A stretch of DNA of 64,000 nucleotides from Bordetella parapertussis (GCA_945864585.1 CAMBCF010000004.1:762-64761), one strand, 5' to 3'. Positions 26,489 through 37,276 are shown, counted from the first letter of the stretch. Translations and numbers: made by a program. The notes: generated by a model from the sequence alone, not told the origin.

Positions 26489-27808
26489 TCAGTCAAGCGC
26501 GCAGGTTCTGAAACCCGCCAGCACATCGCGCCGGTCGGGGGTGTAGAAATTGCGCCACGTATTACGCAACAGGCTTGCGCGCGTGGCGTAGCAACCGCCG
26601 CGCAGCACTTTGTGATTGCCGAACCACGGCTCGGAGTATTCCTGATACGGGTCGCGCACGAACCCGGGATACGGGTTGAACCAGTCCGCCGTCCACTCCC
26701 ACACGTTGCCAAACATCTGGCGCACGCCCCAGGCGCTGTCGCCATCGGGAAAAGCCGCCACATCCAGGGTGCCGGAGGCAACGCCAAACAGATTCGCGTG
26801 TGCCGCCGTGGGCGGCGTGTCGCCCCACGGATAGCGGCGCTTGCGTGTGTCATCGCCCGGTATCGTCGCTGCGGCGAATTCCCACTCGGCTTCACTGGGG
26901 AGACGCCGCTGTGCCCAGTTGCAGTAGGCCTCCGCCTCATACCAGTTGACGTGAATGACTGCGGCATTTGCTTCCAGACGCATCAGCGCATCGTAACGCC
27001 GCACCCACCACTCACTGCCCTGCCTGCTCCAATACAAGGGCCCGGTCGCGCCAGCCGCTACACGCCAGCGCCACCCCTCGTCACGCCATAATTCACGCCG
27101 CGTATAACCCGCGTCATCTGCAAACGCCGCGAACTCGGCGTTGGTGACGGCCACGCGCGCGATGCGGTACGGCGGCACTTCCACTGGGTACGCCCACTTT
27201 TCATTGTCAAAAATAAAGCCCTCATTTGCGCCGGCCCCGAGCATGAACTGGCCGCCGCTAATGCGCGCATCACCAGCGGGAGGATGTGGCGTAACTATTT
27301 GTTTTTGTTCAACTGTTCGAACCGCATTACCCAGCGTCTGGTGCGTGTAGTCAAATGCTTCATTGTGCATTTCTTCATGGAACGCTGCGAGCTGCGCAAA
27401 ATAGCGCAGGTGTCCGGTTGCGCCTTCGCGCTGGATGCGTTCGAGTACGGCATCGAACACCACGCGCAAATATTCAAGCGTCTGATCACCCGTTGGCAGC
27501 GGTAGATGCCAGCGCTTCGCGTGCGGCACCAGGGCCGAGTTGTACAACGCATCCGCGTCCTGCCGCATCGGCTCGGCGAGCGATCCATCGGGCCGGTAGC
27601 GCAAACACCAATGCTCCTGAAACCAGGCCAGATGCCCCAGCTCCCACAGTGGCGGGTTGACGATTGTTAAGTACGGACCAAGCCATTGATCCGCTTGCAA
27701 TCGCATGGCATAAGCCAGGGTGCGTACACGCGCCGCATGCAGTATTTCGCACAGCGTTGAGACGCCGGGTTGGATTTGTTCAGTTGGCATACCGTAGATG
27801 GAGTTCAT
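26489..27808 (-). CDS. EgtB/SenA-family enzyme (DinB-like N-domain + FGE/SUMF1-type C-domain)
   Basis: N-domain motifs WELGHLAWFQEHW and FHEEMHNEAF. C-domain motifs GNVWEWTADWF and LRGGCYATRASLLRNTWRNFYTPDRRDVLAGFRTC. Confidence 0.75.
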   Translation of the reverse strand: MNSIYGMPTEQIQPGVSTLCEILHAARVRTLAYAMRLQADQWLGPYLTIVNPPLWELGHLAWFQEHWCLRYRPDGSLAEPMRQDADALYNSALVPHAKRWHLPLPTGDQTLEYLRVVFDAVLERIQREGATGHLRYFAQLAAFHEEMHNEAFDYTHQTLGNAVRTVEQKQIVTPHPPAGDARISGGQFMLGAGANEGFIFDNEKWAYPVEVPPYRIARVAVTNAEFAAFADDAGYTRRELWRDEGWRWRVAAGATGPLYWSRQGSEWWVRRYDALMRLEANAAVIHVNWYEAEAYCNWAQRRLPSEAEWEFAAATIPGDDTRKRRYPWGDTPPTAAHANLFGVASGTLDVAAFPDGDSAWGVRQMFGNVWEWTADWFNPYPGFVRDPYQEYSEPWFGNHKVLRGGCYATRASLLRNTWRNFYTPDRRDVLAGFRTCALD

Positions 27809-27846
27809 TTGCTATAGTGGCGCGAGTGTATCCTTGAAATGACTAT

Positions 27847-28794
27847 GTGAAAATCGCATTGATCACACCCGCGGCGCCCGGCTCGCGGCACGGCAACCGC
27901 GGCACTGCCACGCGCTGGGCGGGCATGCTGCGTGAACTGGGTCACCGTGTCAGCATCCAGGTGGATTGGGATGGCGCCGCAACCGATTTGATGCTGGCGC
28001 TGCACGCGCGCCGCAGTCACGCGTCGATGCGCAACTATGCGATGTGTTATCCCGGGCAACCCTTGATACTTGCGCTGACCGGCACCGATTTATATCGCGA
28101 TATTCGCAGCGACGCCGAAGCGCAGGCATCGCTGCAACTGGCCACGCGCATGATCGTGCTGCAGGAGATGGGGCTTGCTAAACTCGCGCCGGCGCTGCGC
28201 CGAAAAACACGCGTGGTGTATCAATCGGCGCCGCAGGTGAAACGCCTGCCGCCACTGACATCGTGCTTCGAAGTCGTGGTCAGTGGTCATCTGCGCGACG
28301 AAAAAGATCCCTTTCGTGCCGTAGCGGCGCTAGCCTACCTGCCCGATGCATCGCGCATCCGCGTCACCCACATCGGCGGTGCGATGTCAGCCGAAATGGC
28401 GCAACAAGCGCGTATCTGGATGGCCGGCGAAAAGCGTTACCGCTGGCTGGGCGAAGTCACGCACGGCACAGCGCTGCGTTTGCTTGCCCGCAGCCGACTG
28501 ATGGTGATCAGCTCGCGCATGGAAGGCGGCGCCAATGTGGTGAGTGAAGCGCTGGCGAACAGTGTGCCTGTTATCGCCTCGCGGATCGCGGGCAATGTCG
28601 GCATGCTGGGCAGGGATTATGCAGGCTACTACCCGCTCGAAGATCAGCGTGCGCTGGCGCGGCTATTGTTGCGCGCGGAAACGGATAACACTTACTACCG
28701 CAAACTCGCCGCGCAATGCCGCGCACGCAAGCCGCTGGTGACCCACGCCAGCGAACGCAATGCGTTGCAGCGGGTGTTGGCGGAAATCTCGTAG
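27847..28794 (+). CDS. GT-B glycosyltransferase resembling the SenB selenosugar-synthase family (TIGR04348-like, from memory)
   Basis: GTG start. N-terminus KIALITPAAPGSRHGNRGTATRWAGMLRELGH, with FEVVVSGHLRDEKDP and MEGGANVVSEALANSVPVIASRIAGN. Divergent, 38 nt from the EgtB/SenA-like gene. Confidence 0.6.
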   Translation: MKIALITPAAPGSRHGNRGTATRWAGMLRELGHRVSIQVDWDGAATDLMLALHARRSHASMRNYAMCYPGQPLILALTGTDLYRDIRSDAEAQASLQLATRMIVLQEMGLAKLAPALRRKTRVVYQSAPQVKRLPPLTSCFEVVVSGHLRDEKDPFRAVAALAYLPDASRIRVTHIGGAMSAEMAQQARIWMAGEKRYRWLGEVTHGTALRLLARSRLMVISSRMEGGANVVSEALANSVPVIASRIAGNVGMLGRDYAGYYPLEDQRALARLLLRAETDNTYYRKLAAQCRARKPLVTHASERNALQRVLAEIS

Positions 28795-28826
28795 GCAATG
28801 GACAGAGCCAACCTCAAGAACACTTC

Positions 28827-28878
28827 GACAGGATTTACAGGATGCACAGGATAAAACCTCCATCCTGTTAATCCTGTC
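28827..28878. terminator. 18-nt-arm hairpin built from ACAGGAT repeats; candidate bidirectional terminator
   Basis: GACAGGATTTACAGGATG, a 16-nt loop, then CATCCTGTTAATCCTGTC (one arm mismatch), followed by TGCTGTTTTC. Sits between two convergent gene ends. Confidence 0.6.
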
Positions 28879-28892
28879 TGCTGTTTTCAGAT

Positions 28893-29459
28893 TTAAAGGT
28901 ATTTCTTAACCGGCGCGTAGCTGCGGCGATGCACAGGCGAGGCGCCGTGCGCCGCCAGGGCCGCCATATGCCGCGCCGTGCCGTAACCCTTGTGCGCATC
29001 AAAACCGTAGTGCGGATACCTTGCGTGCAGCCTGCGCATTTCATGGTCACGGGCGACCTTGGCGAGTATCGAAGCGGCGGATATCGCAGGTTCTTTGGCG
29101 TCGCCTTTGACGATGGCACGCGCAGGCATCACAACTTCGGGGCAATGCAGGCCGTCGACAATAATTTTGTTCGGCTGCGTAGCCAGACTTTCCACCGCGC
29201 GTTTCATTGCGAGCAGACTCGCCTGCAATATGTTGATGGCGTCAATTTCTTCCACGCTTGCGCTGGCGATGGCCCACGACAGCGCGTCACGCTGTATCAC
29301 CTCAGACAGCGATGCGCGCCGCCGCGCGCTGAGTTTTTTGGAATCCGCCAGGCCGGCTATGGGTTTGGCGTAATCCAATATCACCGCTGCGGCGTAAACC
29401 GGTCCCGCCAGCGGCCCGCGTCCGGCTTCGTCCACGCCGGCAATTAACCGGCGCGTCAT
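28893..29459 (-). CDS. rnhB: ribonuclease HII
   Basis: Contains the catalytic motif [15 protein letters not shown]; 188 aa. Confidence 0.95.
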   Translation of the reverse strand: MTRRLIAGVDEAGRGPLAGPVYAAAVILDYAKPIAGLADSKKLSARRRASLSEVIQRDALSWAIASASVEEIDAINILQASLLAMKRAVESLATQPNKIIVDGLHCPEVVMPARAIVKGDAKEPAISAASILAKVARDHEMRRLHARYPHYGFDAHKGYGTARHMAALAAHGASPVHRRSYAPVKKYL

Positions 29460-30604
29460 GGTGTTTTTTCCAGATAAGGCATGATCGCAGCGGCGGCTTT
29501 TTGCGCGGTGTTTTGCTTCAGATCAAGCAGCAGGTGCGCAAAGCGTGCACTGATGCGTTGCCGGCGCGGCGCGTCATGAAACAGGTCGAGTAACGCACGC
29601 GACAAGCCTTGCGGCGTGGCGGCGTCTTGCAAAAGTTCCGGCACCACAAATTCGCCGGCAAGTATATTCGGCAGACCCACATACGGCAGATAACCACGCC
29701 GTTTCATCAGCCATGCGCTCAGGCGCGGCATGCGGTAGGTAATCACCATCGGCCGTTTGAGCAGCGCCGTTTCCAGCGTGGCCGTGCCGGAAGCCACCAG
29801 CACGACATCCGCGGCAGCGATAGCGTCGTGGGATTTTCCATCGAGCAGCATGACCATAACGCCCGGCTCACGCGCCAGAGCTGCTGCAAAAATCGCGCGC
29901 GTTTCGCGATTCACCAACGGTGTGACGAAGCGGGCGCCGGGCACGGCGTCACGCACTAATTTGGCAGTGGCCACGAACAACGCGGCCATTGCCTGCAGCT
30001 CGCTCACGCGGCTGCCGGGCAGCAGCGCAAATACCGCTGCATCCCCGCTAATGCCCAGCGTCGCGCGCACCTCGGCCTGCGCGGGATAGTCAGCCAGCAT
30101 GTCAGCCAGGGGGTGGCCGACGTAACTCACCGCAATGGATTGCTTGTCGTAAATATTTTTTTCAAACGGGAACAGCGTCAGCACACGATCCACCGCGCGC
30201 TTGATGAAGTGGATGCGCTCGCCGCGCCACGCCCAGATCGACGGACTGACGTACTGGATCGTCGTGATGCCGGCTCGCTTGAGATCAAACGCCAAGCCAA
30301 GATTAAAATCTGGCGCGTCAATGCCAATAAACAGTGCGGGCGGATGTTGCAGAAAATGCCGCTTCACCTGGCGGCGTATACCTGCGATTTCGGGGTAATG
30401 GCGCAGCACTTCGACATAACCACGCACCGCCAGCTTTTCCATCGGATGCAGCGCCTGCACGCCCGCAGCGATCATGCGCGGGCCGGCAATGCCAGCGAAC
30501 CGCAGGTCGGGCCGACGCGCCTTGAGTGCTTCCACCAGGTGCGCGCCGAGTAAATCGCCAGAGGCTTCGCCGGCCACTATTCCCACCACCGGTGCGGCGT
30601 GCAT
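29456..30604 (-). CDS. lpxB: lipid-A-disaccharide synthase
   Basis: 382 aa with GEASGD near the N-terminus, in the conserved lpxA-lpxB-rnhB order. Confidence 0.95.
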   Translation of the reverse strand: MHAAPVVGIVAGEASGDLLGAHLVEALKARRPDLRFAGIAGPRMIAAGVQALHPMEKLAVRGYVEVLRHYPEIAGIRRQVKRHFLQHPPALFIGIDAPDFNLGLAFDLKRAGITTIQYVSPSIWAWRGERIHFIKRAVDRVLTLFPFEKNIYDKQSIAVSYVGHPLADMLADYPAQAEVRATLGISGDAAVFALLPGSRVSELQAMAALFVATAKLVRDAVPGARFVTPLVNRETRAIFAAALAREPGVMVMLLDGKSHDAIAAADVVLVASGTATLETALLKRPMVITYRMPRLSAWLMKRRGYLPYVGLPNILAGEFVVPELLQDAATPQGLSRALLDLFHDAPRRQRISARFAHLLLDLKQNTAQKAAAAIMPYLEKTP

Positions 30605-30610
30605 GGCCGT

Positions 30611-31390
30611 TTAGCGGATGATGCCGCGGCCCGCCACAGCCAGAAAATCGATCAGCGGCTGAATTTCCGCGCACCCATTCACCTGCTGCGTCAACTCGGC
30701 AAGCGCCTGCTCGAGCGTAGCGCCCGAGCGGAAAACCGTTTTGTAGGCGCGCTTGATGCCGGAGACAGCTTCGGCACTGTAACCGCGGCGGCTGAGTCCC
30801 TCGGAATTGATGCCATAGGGCTTTGCGGGGCTGCCGGAAGCGGTGACAAACGGCGGCACGTCTTTCAGCACGTGCGAACCGATGCCGGTGATGACATGCG
30901 CGCCCACGCGGCAGAATTGATGCACGCCGGTATAGCCGCCCAGAATCGCGTAGTCGCCCACCTGCACATGCCCCGCCAATTGTGCATTGTTGGCAAACAC
31001 GGTGTGGTTTCCGACCTGGCAATCGTGCGCCAGATGCACGTAGGCCATGATCCAGTTATTGTTGCCCAGCCGGGTGACGCCGGCATCCTGCGCCGTGCCG
31101 CAATTCAAGGTGCAGAATTCCCGGATCGTATTGTTATCGCCGATCTCCAGGCGCGTGGGTTCGCTCTGATACTTTTTGTCCTGCGGAATTTCGCCCAGCG
31201 ATACGAATTGAAAAATACGATTGTTGGCGCCGATGCGCGTGCGGCCCTTGATCACCGTGTGCGGGCCAATGACGCAGCCTGCACCGATCTCGACCTGCGG
31301 CCCGATAATCGAATACGGCCCGATCTCAACATCTGCCGCGATACGCGCAGCGCAGTCAACGATGGCGGTGCCGTGGATTCGCGAAGTCAT
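30611..31390 (-). CDS. lpxA: acyl-ACP--UDP-N-acetylglucosamine O-acyltransferase
   Basis: 259-aa hexapeptide-repeat protein sitting between fabZ and lpxB. Confidence 0.95.
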   Translation of the reverse strand: MTSRIHGTAIVDCAARIAADVEIGPYSIIGPQVEIGAGCVIGPHTVIKGRTRIGANNRIFQFVSLGEIPQDKKYQSEPTRLEIGDNNTIREFCTLNCGTAQDAGVTRLGNNNWIMAYVHLAHDCQVGNHTVFANNAQLAGHVQVGDYAILGGYTGVHQFCRVGAHVITGIGSHVLKDVPPFVTASGSPAKPYGINSEGLSRRGYSAEAVSGIKRAYKTVFRSGATLEQALAELTQQVNGCAEIQPLIDFLAVAGRGIIR

Positions 31391-31408
31391 GAAATTATTG
31401 TTTTAAAA

Positions 31409-31858
31409 CTACTTCTTGACGGCGCGCTTGGCGCACAACAACTGCGCCGCGGCCACCAGTTCACCCTCAACCTTCGCCTGCGCGTTATAGCGCCACACGC
31501 CGCGCAGGTGTTTATCCAGCACCACGTGCAAATGCAGCGCATCGCCCGGCAACACCGGCTTTTTGAAACGCGCGTTGTCGATGCCGACAAAATAATAGAG
31601 CGAATTGTCGTCGGGCTTCTCATTCATGGTGAGAAACGATAATATCGCAGCCGCCTGTGCCAGCGCCTCGATGATCAGCACGCCTGGCATCACCGGGTAG
31701 TGTGGAAAATGGCCATTAAAAAACGGTTCGTTGGCGGTAACGTTTTTCAGCGCGCAAATTTCCTTGCCCGGCTCGCATGACAGCACGCGATCCACCAGCA
31801 AAAAAGGATAACGGTGCGGCAGGTACTCCAGCACCTGGTGTATGTTCATCTGGATCAT
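31409..31858 (-). CDS. fabZ: 3-hydroxyacyl-ACP dehydratase
   Basis: Motifs [13 protein letters not shown] and FFNGHFP. Confidence 0.95.
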   Translation of the reverse strand: MIQMNIHQVLEYLPHRYPFLLVDRVLSCEPGKEICALKNVTANEPFFNGHFPHYPVMPGVLIIEALAQAAAILSFLTMNEKPDDNSLYYFVGIDNARFKKPVLPGDALHLHVVLDKHLRGVWRYNAQAKVEGELVAAAQLLCAKRAVKK

Positions 31859-32907
31859 GCGTCTTTCCCTTCCAACTGCGCCAGGCGCTTTTCAAGCAGT
31901 TTAACCTGCCTGGCCATTGCGTCGAGATGGCGAATTTGAATCGCGTTGCGGCGCCACTGCCGGCTTTCCTCGAACGGATAGCCGCCGCTGTAGACACCGG
32001 GCTGGGTAATCGATTTCGTGATCAGCGTCTTGCCGGAGATCTCGACATGATCGGCAAGCGTCAGATGCCCGGCAATGCCCACTGCGCCGCCTATGCGGCA
32101 ATAGCGTCCGATGCGCGTGCTGCCTGCAATACCGGTGCAAGCGGCAATCGCGGTGTGCGCGCCCACATGCACGTTGTGGGCGATCATAATCAAATTGTCA
32201 AGCCGCACACCGTCTTCGATAATCGTGTCGTCGATGGCGCCGCGGTCAATAGTGGTGTTGGCGCCGATCTCAACATCGTCACCTATTACCACGCGCCCCA
32301 CCTGCGGCACCTTGATCCAGTGGCCGCCGTCGCCATCCGCTTCCCAGGCGTTGCCGAAACCATCGGCGCCGATCACCACCCCCGCATGCAGCAGACAGCT
32401 TGCACCGATATGACAGTCCGCATAAACCACCACCCCCGGCCACAGGCGTGTGTACGCGCCGATGCGCACATCCTCTGCGATGGTGCAGTTGGCGCCGACG
32501 ATGGCATGGTCGGCGATGCGGGCGCGTGCGCCTATCACCGTATTCGGCCCTACGCTGACGGCCTGCCCCAGCATAGCGGACGCGTCCACCGACGCGCTGG
32601 TATGCACCCCGTGCGCTGCCGCGGCCGGCGGATGCAGTAACGCCGACACCCGGGCAAAATAGGCATAGGGATTGGCGCACACGATGCGCGGCAGCACGGT
32701 CGCATCACGGTGGGCGGCGGCCAGTATCACTGCGCCCGCGCGTGTTTGGCGCAAATCGCGCACAAAACGCTCGTGCGTCAAAAACGTAATCGCAGTGGGG
32801 CCGGCGCCCTCCAGGGTGCCCACTTTTTCAACGGCGGTGCGGGGATCGCCTGCAACCTCGCCGCCGAGCGCGCGCGCCAATTCACCCAGGCTGTACGAAG
32901 TTGCCAT
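31855..32907 (-). CDS. lpxD: UDP-3-O-acylglucosamine N-acyltransferase
   Basis: From the ATG at 32907 it reads [16 protein letters not shown], followed by hexapeptide repeats. The 56 upstream codons of the ORF were rejected. Confidence 0.9.
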   Translation of the reverse strand: MATSYSLGELARALGGEVAGDPRTAVEKVGTLEGAGPTAITFLTHERFVRDLRQTRAGAVILAAAHRDATVLPRIVCANPYAYFARVSALLHPPAAAAHGVHTSASVDASAMLGQAVSVGPNTVIGARARIADHAIVGANCTIAEDVRIGAYTRLWPGVVVYADCHIGASCLLHAGVVIGADGFGNAWEADGDGGHWIKVPQVGRVVIGDDVEIGANTTIDRGAIDDTIIEDGVRLDNLIMIAHNVHVGAHTAIAACTGIAGSTRIGRYCRIGGAVGIAGHLTLADHVEISGKTLITKSITQPGVYSGGYPFEESRQWRRNAIQIRHLDAMARQVKLLEKRLAQLEGKDA

Positions 32908-32998
32908 GCGTCGCGCTCGGATGAGGTAAGGTGCCGTGAAGTGAGCCTGGGAGCGTGAGATTGCGTCGTCGGCGCGCGGCAGCCCCGCCGTGGCGTGA

Positions 32999-33523
32999 CT
33001 ATCTGCCCGCGAGCGCCTTGAGCACGCGATCGGTGATATCCACGCGCGGGCTGCGGTAAACGGCTTCCTGCACAATAAGATCGTATTTCTCCGCTTCCGC
33101 GATTTGCCGGATGATCTTGTTGGCGCGCTCCAGCAGCGTGCCCAGTTCCTGATTGCGCCGCAAATTCAGGTCCTCCTGAAACTCGCGCTGCAAGCGCTGC
33201 AGATCCACCAGTTGCCGTGACAATTCCTGCTCGCGACCGCGGCGCTCGTTTTCACTCAGCGTCAAGGCATCTTTTTCGAACTGCGTCTGCGTGGCCTTGA
33301 TCTGCGCTTCCCGGCGCTGGATTTCCAGAACCCGCGGCTGGAATTCTTTTTCCAGTCGCTTGCTGGCCTCATCGGCAGGCGCGGATTCGCGATTAACGCG
33401 CTCGGCGTCGACAAATCCGACTTTCAGATCCGCCGCCTGAACGCCTGCAGCCAATGACAGTATCAAGGCTGTCAGCCCGCACAAGTCATGTACACGCATA
33501 CGTAGTACCATCCTTGGAATCAA
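32999..33523 (-). CDS. skp: periplasmic chaperone Skp (OmpH)
   Basis: Signal peptide and a charged coiled-coil body. Lies between bamA and lpxD. Confidence 0.85.
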   Translation of the reverse strand: MIPRMVLRMRVHDLCGLTALILSLAAGVQAADLKVGFVDAERVNRESAPADEASKRLEKEFQPRVLEIQRREAQIKATQTQFEKDALTLSENERRGREQELSRQLVDLQRLQREFQEDLNLRRNQELGTLLERANKIIRQIAEAEKYDLIVQEAVYRSPRVDITDRVLKALAGR

Positions 33524-33529
33524 ACAGCG

Positions 33530-35881
33530 CTAAAACACACCACCGAACGTAAACTGGAAAATTTGCCGATGGTCCAATTGCGTGGAAGCCAGCGGTACCG
33601 CCACGCTGAATTTAAGCGGGCCCATCGGTGACACCCAGGCGAGCCCCACGCCCGTCGAATAGCGCATGCTACTCCCAAGGCTGCTGAAATTAGAGTAGCC
33701 GGCCACTGGCGGCGCACCGGGATCAATCACCGTGCCCGCATCGAAAAAGGCGCTCATCCGCACCGAGCGGTCATTGATCAAACCCGGCATGGGGAACAAA
33801 AACTCCAGATTACCAAGCAGCTTGCGGGTGCCGCCGCGCGGGTCATTATTGGCATCACGCGGCGCAACCGAGTTGAGCCGGTATCCGCGTATCGACGATA
33901 CGCCACCCAAATAGTAATTCTTGAAGAACGGAAGCGCTTTGCCGCCATACCCGCCACCGTAGCCGAGTTCGGCATTCCACATCAGCGTGTACTCACGCGA
34001 TAACGCAAAATAGCGCTGATACTGGTAATTCGTGCGGTAGTAGCGCAAGGTGCCACCCGGCAAGCCGCCATCGACAAAGACACGCTGCATGGTGCCGGTT
34101 GTCGGATAAATCAACGAATCGCGGCCGTCGCGTATCCAACCTATGCTCGCCGTAATGGCCGTATTCTTCTCGCCAAAATCTCTCACGTAATCGGTATAAA
34201 ATAGCGGGCTGGTGGGAAATATGGTGATTTTTGTGTCCTCGAAACCCAGGCCATACTGAATGGTGTCCCGATCAGTGATGGGCACGCCGAATCTCACGCC
34301 AAAGCCTGTTGTGTTCGTGATGTACTCGCCCTGACCACTGCCGCGCGCATTGATCTTGCGGTGAAACACATCGTAGCCCAGGCTGACACCATCATTGGTA
34401 AAATAAGGATCGGTATACGACAGCGAATAAATGGTATTGATTCTGCCTGAACTGATTTGCGCACCGACATGTTTGCCGGAGCCAAATATATTGTTCTGCG
34501 AAATGGACCCTGACAGAACGACACCCGAACCGCTGCCGAATCCCGCCCCCAGCAATACATTTCCGGTGGGCTTCTCAACCACGCTGACATTCAAATCCAC
34601 CTGATCCGTGGTGCCCTGCACCGCTGGATTTTCGATGTTGACTTCGGTAAAGTACCCCAGCTTGTCCACACGCTGGCGCGAGCTGGTGATATTGCTGCCT
34701 GAATACCACGCGCTTTCCATCTGCCGCATTTCACGGCGTATCACTTCATCGCGGGTGCGGGTGTTGCCGGCGATATTGATCCGGCGCACGTATACGCGCC
34801 GACCCGGGTCGATAAAAAACGTAAACGAGGCTTGGCGCTTATCCTTGTCCAATTCGGGCGCGGCGTTAACGTTGGCGAACGCATAACCGTCATTACTCAG
34901 GCGGTCGGTAATTTTTTTCGTTGATTCGTTGAGCCGCACCCGCGAAAAGACATCGCCGGTCTTGATCGCAATCAACTTGCGAATTTCGGCTTCGGGGATC
35001 AGCAATTGCCCGTCGACCTTGATCTCGGCCACGGTGTACTTTTCACCCTCGGCAATGCTGACAGTGATGTAAATATCTTTTTTGTCGGGCGTGATCGACA
35101 CTTGCGTGGATTCGATGTTGAACTCGAGATAGCCGCGATCCTGATAGTAGGAGCGCAGGGTCTCCAGATCCGCACCCAATTTCTGGCGCGAATATTGATC
35201 CTGCTTGCTGTACCAGGTCAGCAGCCCCGGCTCGCGCAGCACAAACAATCTGAGCAGTTGTCTCTCGCTGAAAGCCTTGGCCCCGATGATCGAAATCTGG
35301 CGAATCTTGGAAGACTCGCCTTCGGTCACCGTGAAATTGACCGCGACGCGGTTGCGCTCCAGCGGCGTCACGGTAGTGGTGACTTCCGCAGCGTACTTAC
35401 CGCGCGTCAGGTATTGCCGCTTCAATTCCTGCTCGGCGCGATCGGCAGTGCTGCGATCGAAAATCCGCCCCTCGGACAAGCCGACCTGCCGCATCGCCTT
35501 GTTGAGGATTTCTTTGTCGAATTCCTTGACGCCGATGAATTCGACTTGCGCTATCGACGGACGTTCCTGCAACACCACCACCAGCACATTGCCATCGACT
35601 TCAAGCGTAACGTCGCGGAAAAACCCCGTGGCGAACAACGAGCGAATGGCCTCCGAGGCTTTTTCATCGTTCATGGTATCGCCCACACGCACCGGCAGAT
35701 AGCTAAAGATGGTGCCCGCTTCAGTGCGCTGCAGACCTTCGACGCGTATGTCCTTGATGACGAACGCTTCCATCGCCCGCGCCGGAACAGCGTGGATTGC
35801 AGCAAGGATCAGGAAACAGGAAACGCACGATAAACACGATAGGCACCAGGACCGCGAGGCGCGCAAAACGCTAAAAATCAT
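33530..35881 (-). CDS. bamA: outer membrane protein assembly factor BamA
   Basis: 783 aa with POTRA repeats and a C-terminal beta-barrel ending FQFTFGGVF. Confidence 0.95.
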   Translation of the reverse strand: MIFSVLRASRSWCLSCLSCVSCFLILAAIHAVPARAMEAFVIKDIRVEGLQRTEAGTIFSYLPVRVGDTMNDEKASEAIRSLFATGFFRDVTLEVDGNVLVVVLQERPSIAQVEFIGVKEFDKEILNKAMRQVGLSEGRIFDRSTADRAEQELKRQYLTRGKYAAEVTTTVTPLERNRVAVNFTVTEGESSKIRQISIIGAKAFSERQLLRLFVLREPGLLTWYSKQDQYSRQKLGADLETLRSYYQDRGYLEFNIESTQVSITPDKKDIYITVSIAEGEKYTVAEIKVDGQLLIPEAEIRKLIAIKTGDVFSRVRLNESTKKITDRLSNDGYAFANVNAAPELDKDKRQASFTFFIDPGRRVYVRRINIAGNTRTRDEVIRREMRQMESAWYSGSNITSSRQRVDKLGYFTEVNIENPAVQGTTDQVDLNVSVVEKPTGNVLLGAGFGSGSGVVLSGSISQNNIFGSGKHVGAQISSGRINTIYSLSYTDPYFTNDGVSLGYDVFHRKINARGSGQGEYITNTTGFGVRFGVPITDRDTIQYGLGFEDTKITIFPTSPLFYTDYVRDFGEKNTAITASIGWIRDGRDSLIYPTTGTMQRVFVDGGLPGGTLRYYRTNYQYQRYFALSREYTLMWNAELGYGGGYGGKALPFFKNYYLGGVSSIRGYRLNSVAPRDANNDPRGGTRKLLGNLEFLFPMPGLINDRSVRMSAFFDAGTVIDPGAPPVAGYSNFSSLGSSMRYSTGVGLAWVSPMGPLKFSVAVPLASTQLDHRQIFQFTFGGVF

Positions 35882-35883
35882 GA

Positions 35884-37263
35884 CTAGCCGCTTATCAGTC
35901 GATATACATCATTGTAGAGCGCAAATGCCATCATCAGTAACAAAACACTCATGCCGACACGCTGCCCGATTTCCATGGTCTGATCCGACACCGGAGCGCC
36001 CTTGAAAATCTCAACGATATAATACATCAAATGCCCTCCATCCAATAACGGGATCGGCAGCAGATTCAGCACGCCAAGACTGATACTGATCAAGGCCAGA
36101 AAAACCAGGTAGGCGATCCAGCCCTGTTGCGCAGATTGTCCCGCGTAATCGGCGATGGTAATCGGGCCGCTTAAATTCTTGAGCGAAATTTCACCCATCA
36201 GCATCTTGCCCAGCATTTTCAGACTGAATATCGAAGTGTCCCAGGTTTTACTCAGCGCTTGCGTCAGACTTTCAAGCGGCCCATAGCGCACGATCACACG
36301 ATGTTTTTCGAATGCCTGGCGCAAAGGCTGCAGCACCGCGCCGATGCGGCCTATGGTAAGTCCTCCCGCTTCGCTGGCTGCGTCCGGTGTGATCTGCAGT
36401 GACGGCGCCACCACACCATTGCGGCGTATCTCCATGATCATCGCTTTGCCCGGGTGCTCGCGTATGAGTTGGATCGCCTGCTCCACGGATTCAATGCGCG
36501 TGTTGTTCAGCGCAACGATTTCATCCCCGACCGCGAGCCCTACGCGAGCGGCGGCGCTGCCGGGCATGATGCGCCCGATTTCCGGCGGCGCTTTTATTTG
36601 AAACCGCGTGATCCCCAGCGTTTTCAGAAAATCGCCGTCCAGATCGGCGGTTGTCAGTCCCGACATGTCAAGATAACGTGTAGCGGTTTCATCCTTCGCA
36701 CTGAGCACCTGCACCGCGACGGCGCCGTCGTGACCTCTTTTCACTGCGCTTTTCAGCAGCGCCCAGCGCGCGTCCTGCCAGGTGCCGACGCTTTCGCCCG
36801 CGATGCTCAGCAGCGTGTCACCCGCTGCGAAACCGGCTTTGGCAGAGGCGCTGGCGACAACCGGCGCACCCACCACCGGCCGCACACCCGGCACGCCGTG
36901 CATGAATATGCCCCAATACACGGCCACTGCCAGCAACAGATTCGCCAGCGGACCGGCAATCACTATGGCAATACGCTTCCATACGGTTTGACGGTTAAAT
37001 GCGCGCGGCAATTCCGCGGGTGCCACCGGCCCCTCCCGCTCGTCCAGCATTTTGACGTAACCGCCCAGAGGTACCGCGGCCAGCACCCATTCGGTAGCGT
37101 CGGCGCCGCGCACCCAGGTGCGCAGCGGCATGCCGAACCCAACCGAAAATCGCAACACTTTCACGTTGCACCAGCGCGCGACCCAGTAGTGCCCTAATTC
37201 GTGGATCACCACCAGCACGCCGAGGGCGACCACAAATGCAGCTACGGTATAAAGAAAACTCAT
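35884..37263 (-). CDS. rseP: RIP zinc metalloprotease RseP
   Basis: HELGHY zinc motif, PDZ regions and polytopic topology. Confidence 0.93.
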   Translation of the reverse strand: MSFLYTVAAFVVALGVLVVIHELGHYWVARWCNVKVLRFSVGFGMPLRTWVRGADATEWVLAAVPLGGYVKMLDEREGPVAPAELPRAFNRQTVWKRIAIVIAGPLANLLLAVAVYWGIFMHGVPGVRPVVGAPVVASASAKAGFAAGDTLLSIAGESVGTWQDARWALLKSAVKRGHDGAVAVQVLSAKDETATRYLDMSGLTTADLDGDFLKTLGITRFQIKAPPEIGRIMPGSAAARVGLAVGDEIVALNNTRIESVEQAIQLIREHPGKAMIMEIRRNGVVAPSLQITPDAASEAGGLTIGRIGAVLQPLRQAFEKHRVIVRYGPLESLTQALSKTWDTSIFSLKMLGKMLMGEISLKNLSGPITIADYAGQSAQQGWIAYLVFLALISISLGVLNLLPIPLLDGGHLMYYIVEIFKGAPVSDQTMEIGQRVGMSVLLLMMAFALYNDVYRLISG

Positions 37264-37276
37264 GATATTCAGCCCA

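Noticed and set aside
31855-33075. Upstream ATG/GTG extensions offered by the ORF track for lpxD, ppsR (23872), map (43513), glnD (44363), rpsB (43317), tsf (42457), dapD (57017) and the AttH-like gene (7859).
   Set aside because: The extensions are non-conserved, overlap neighbouring genes or intergenic promoters, and the canonical family N-termini begin at internal start codons.
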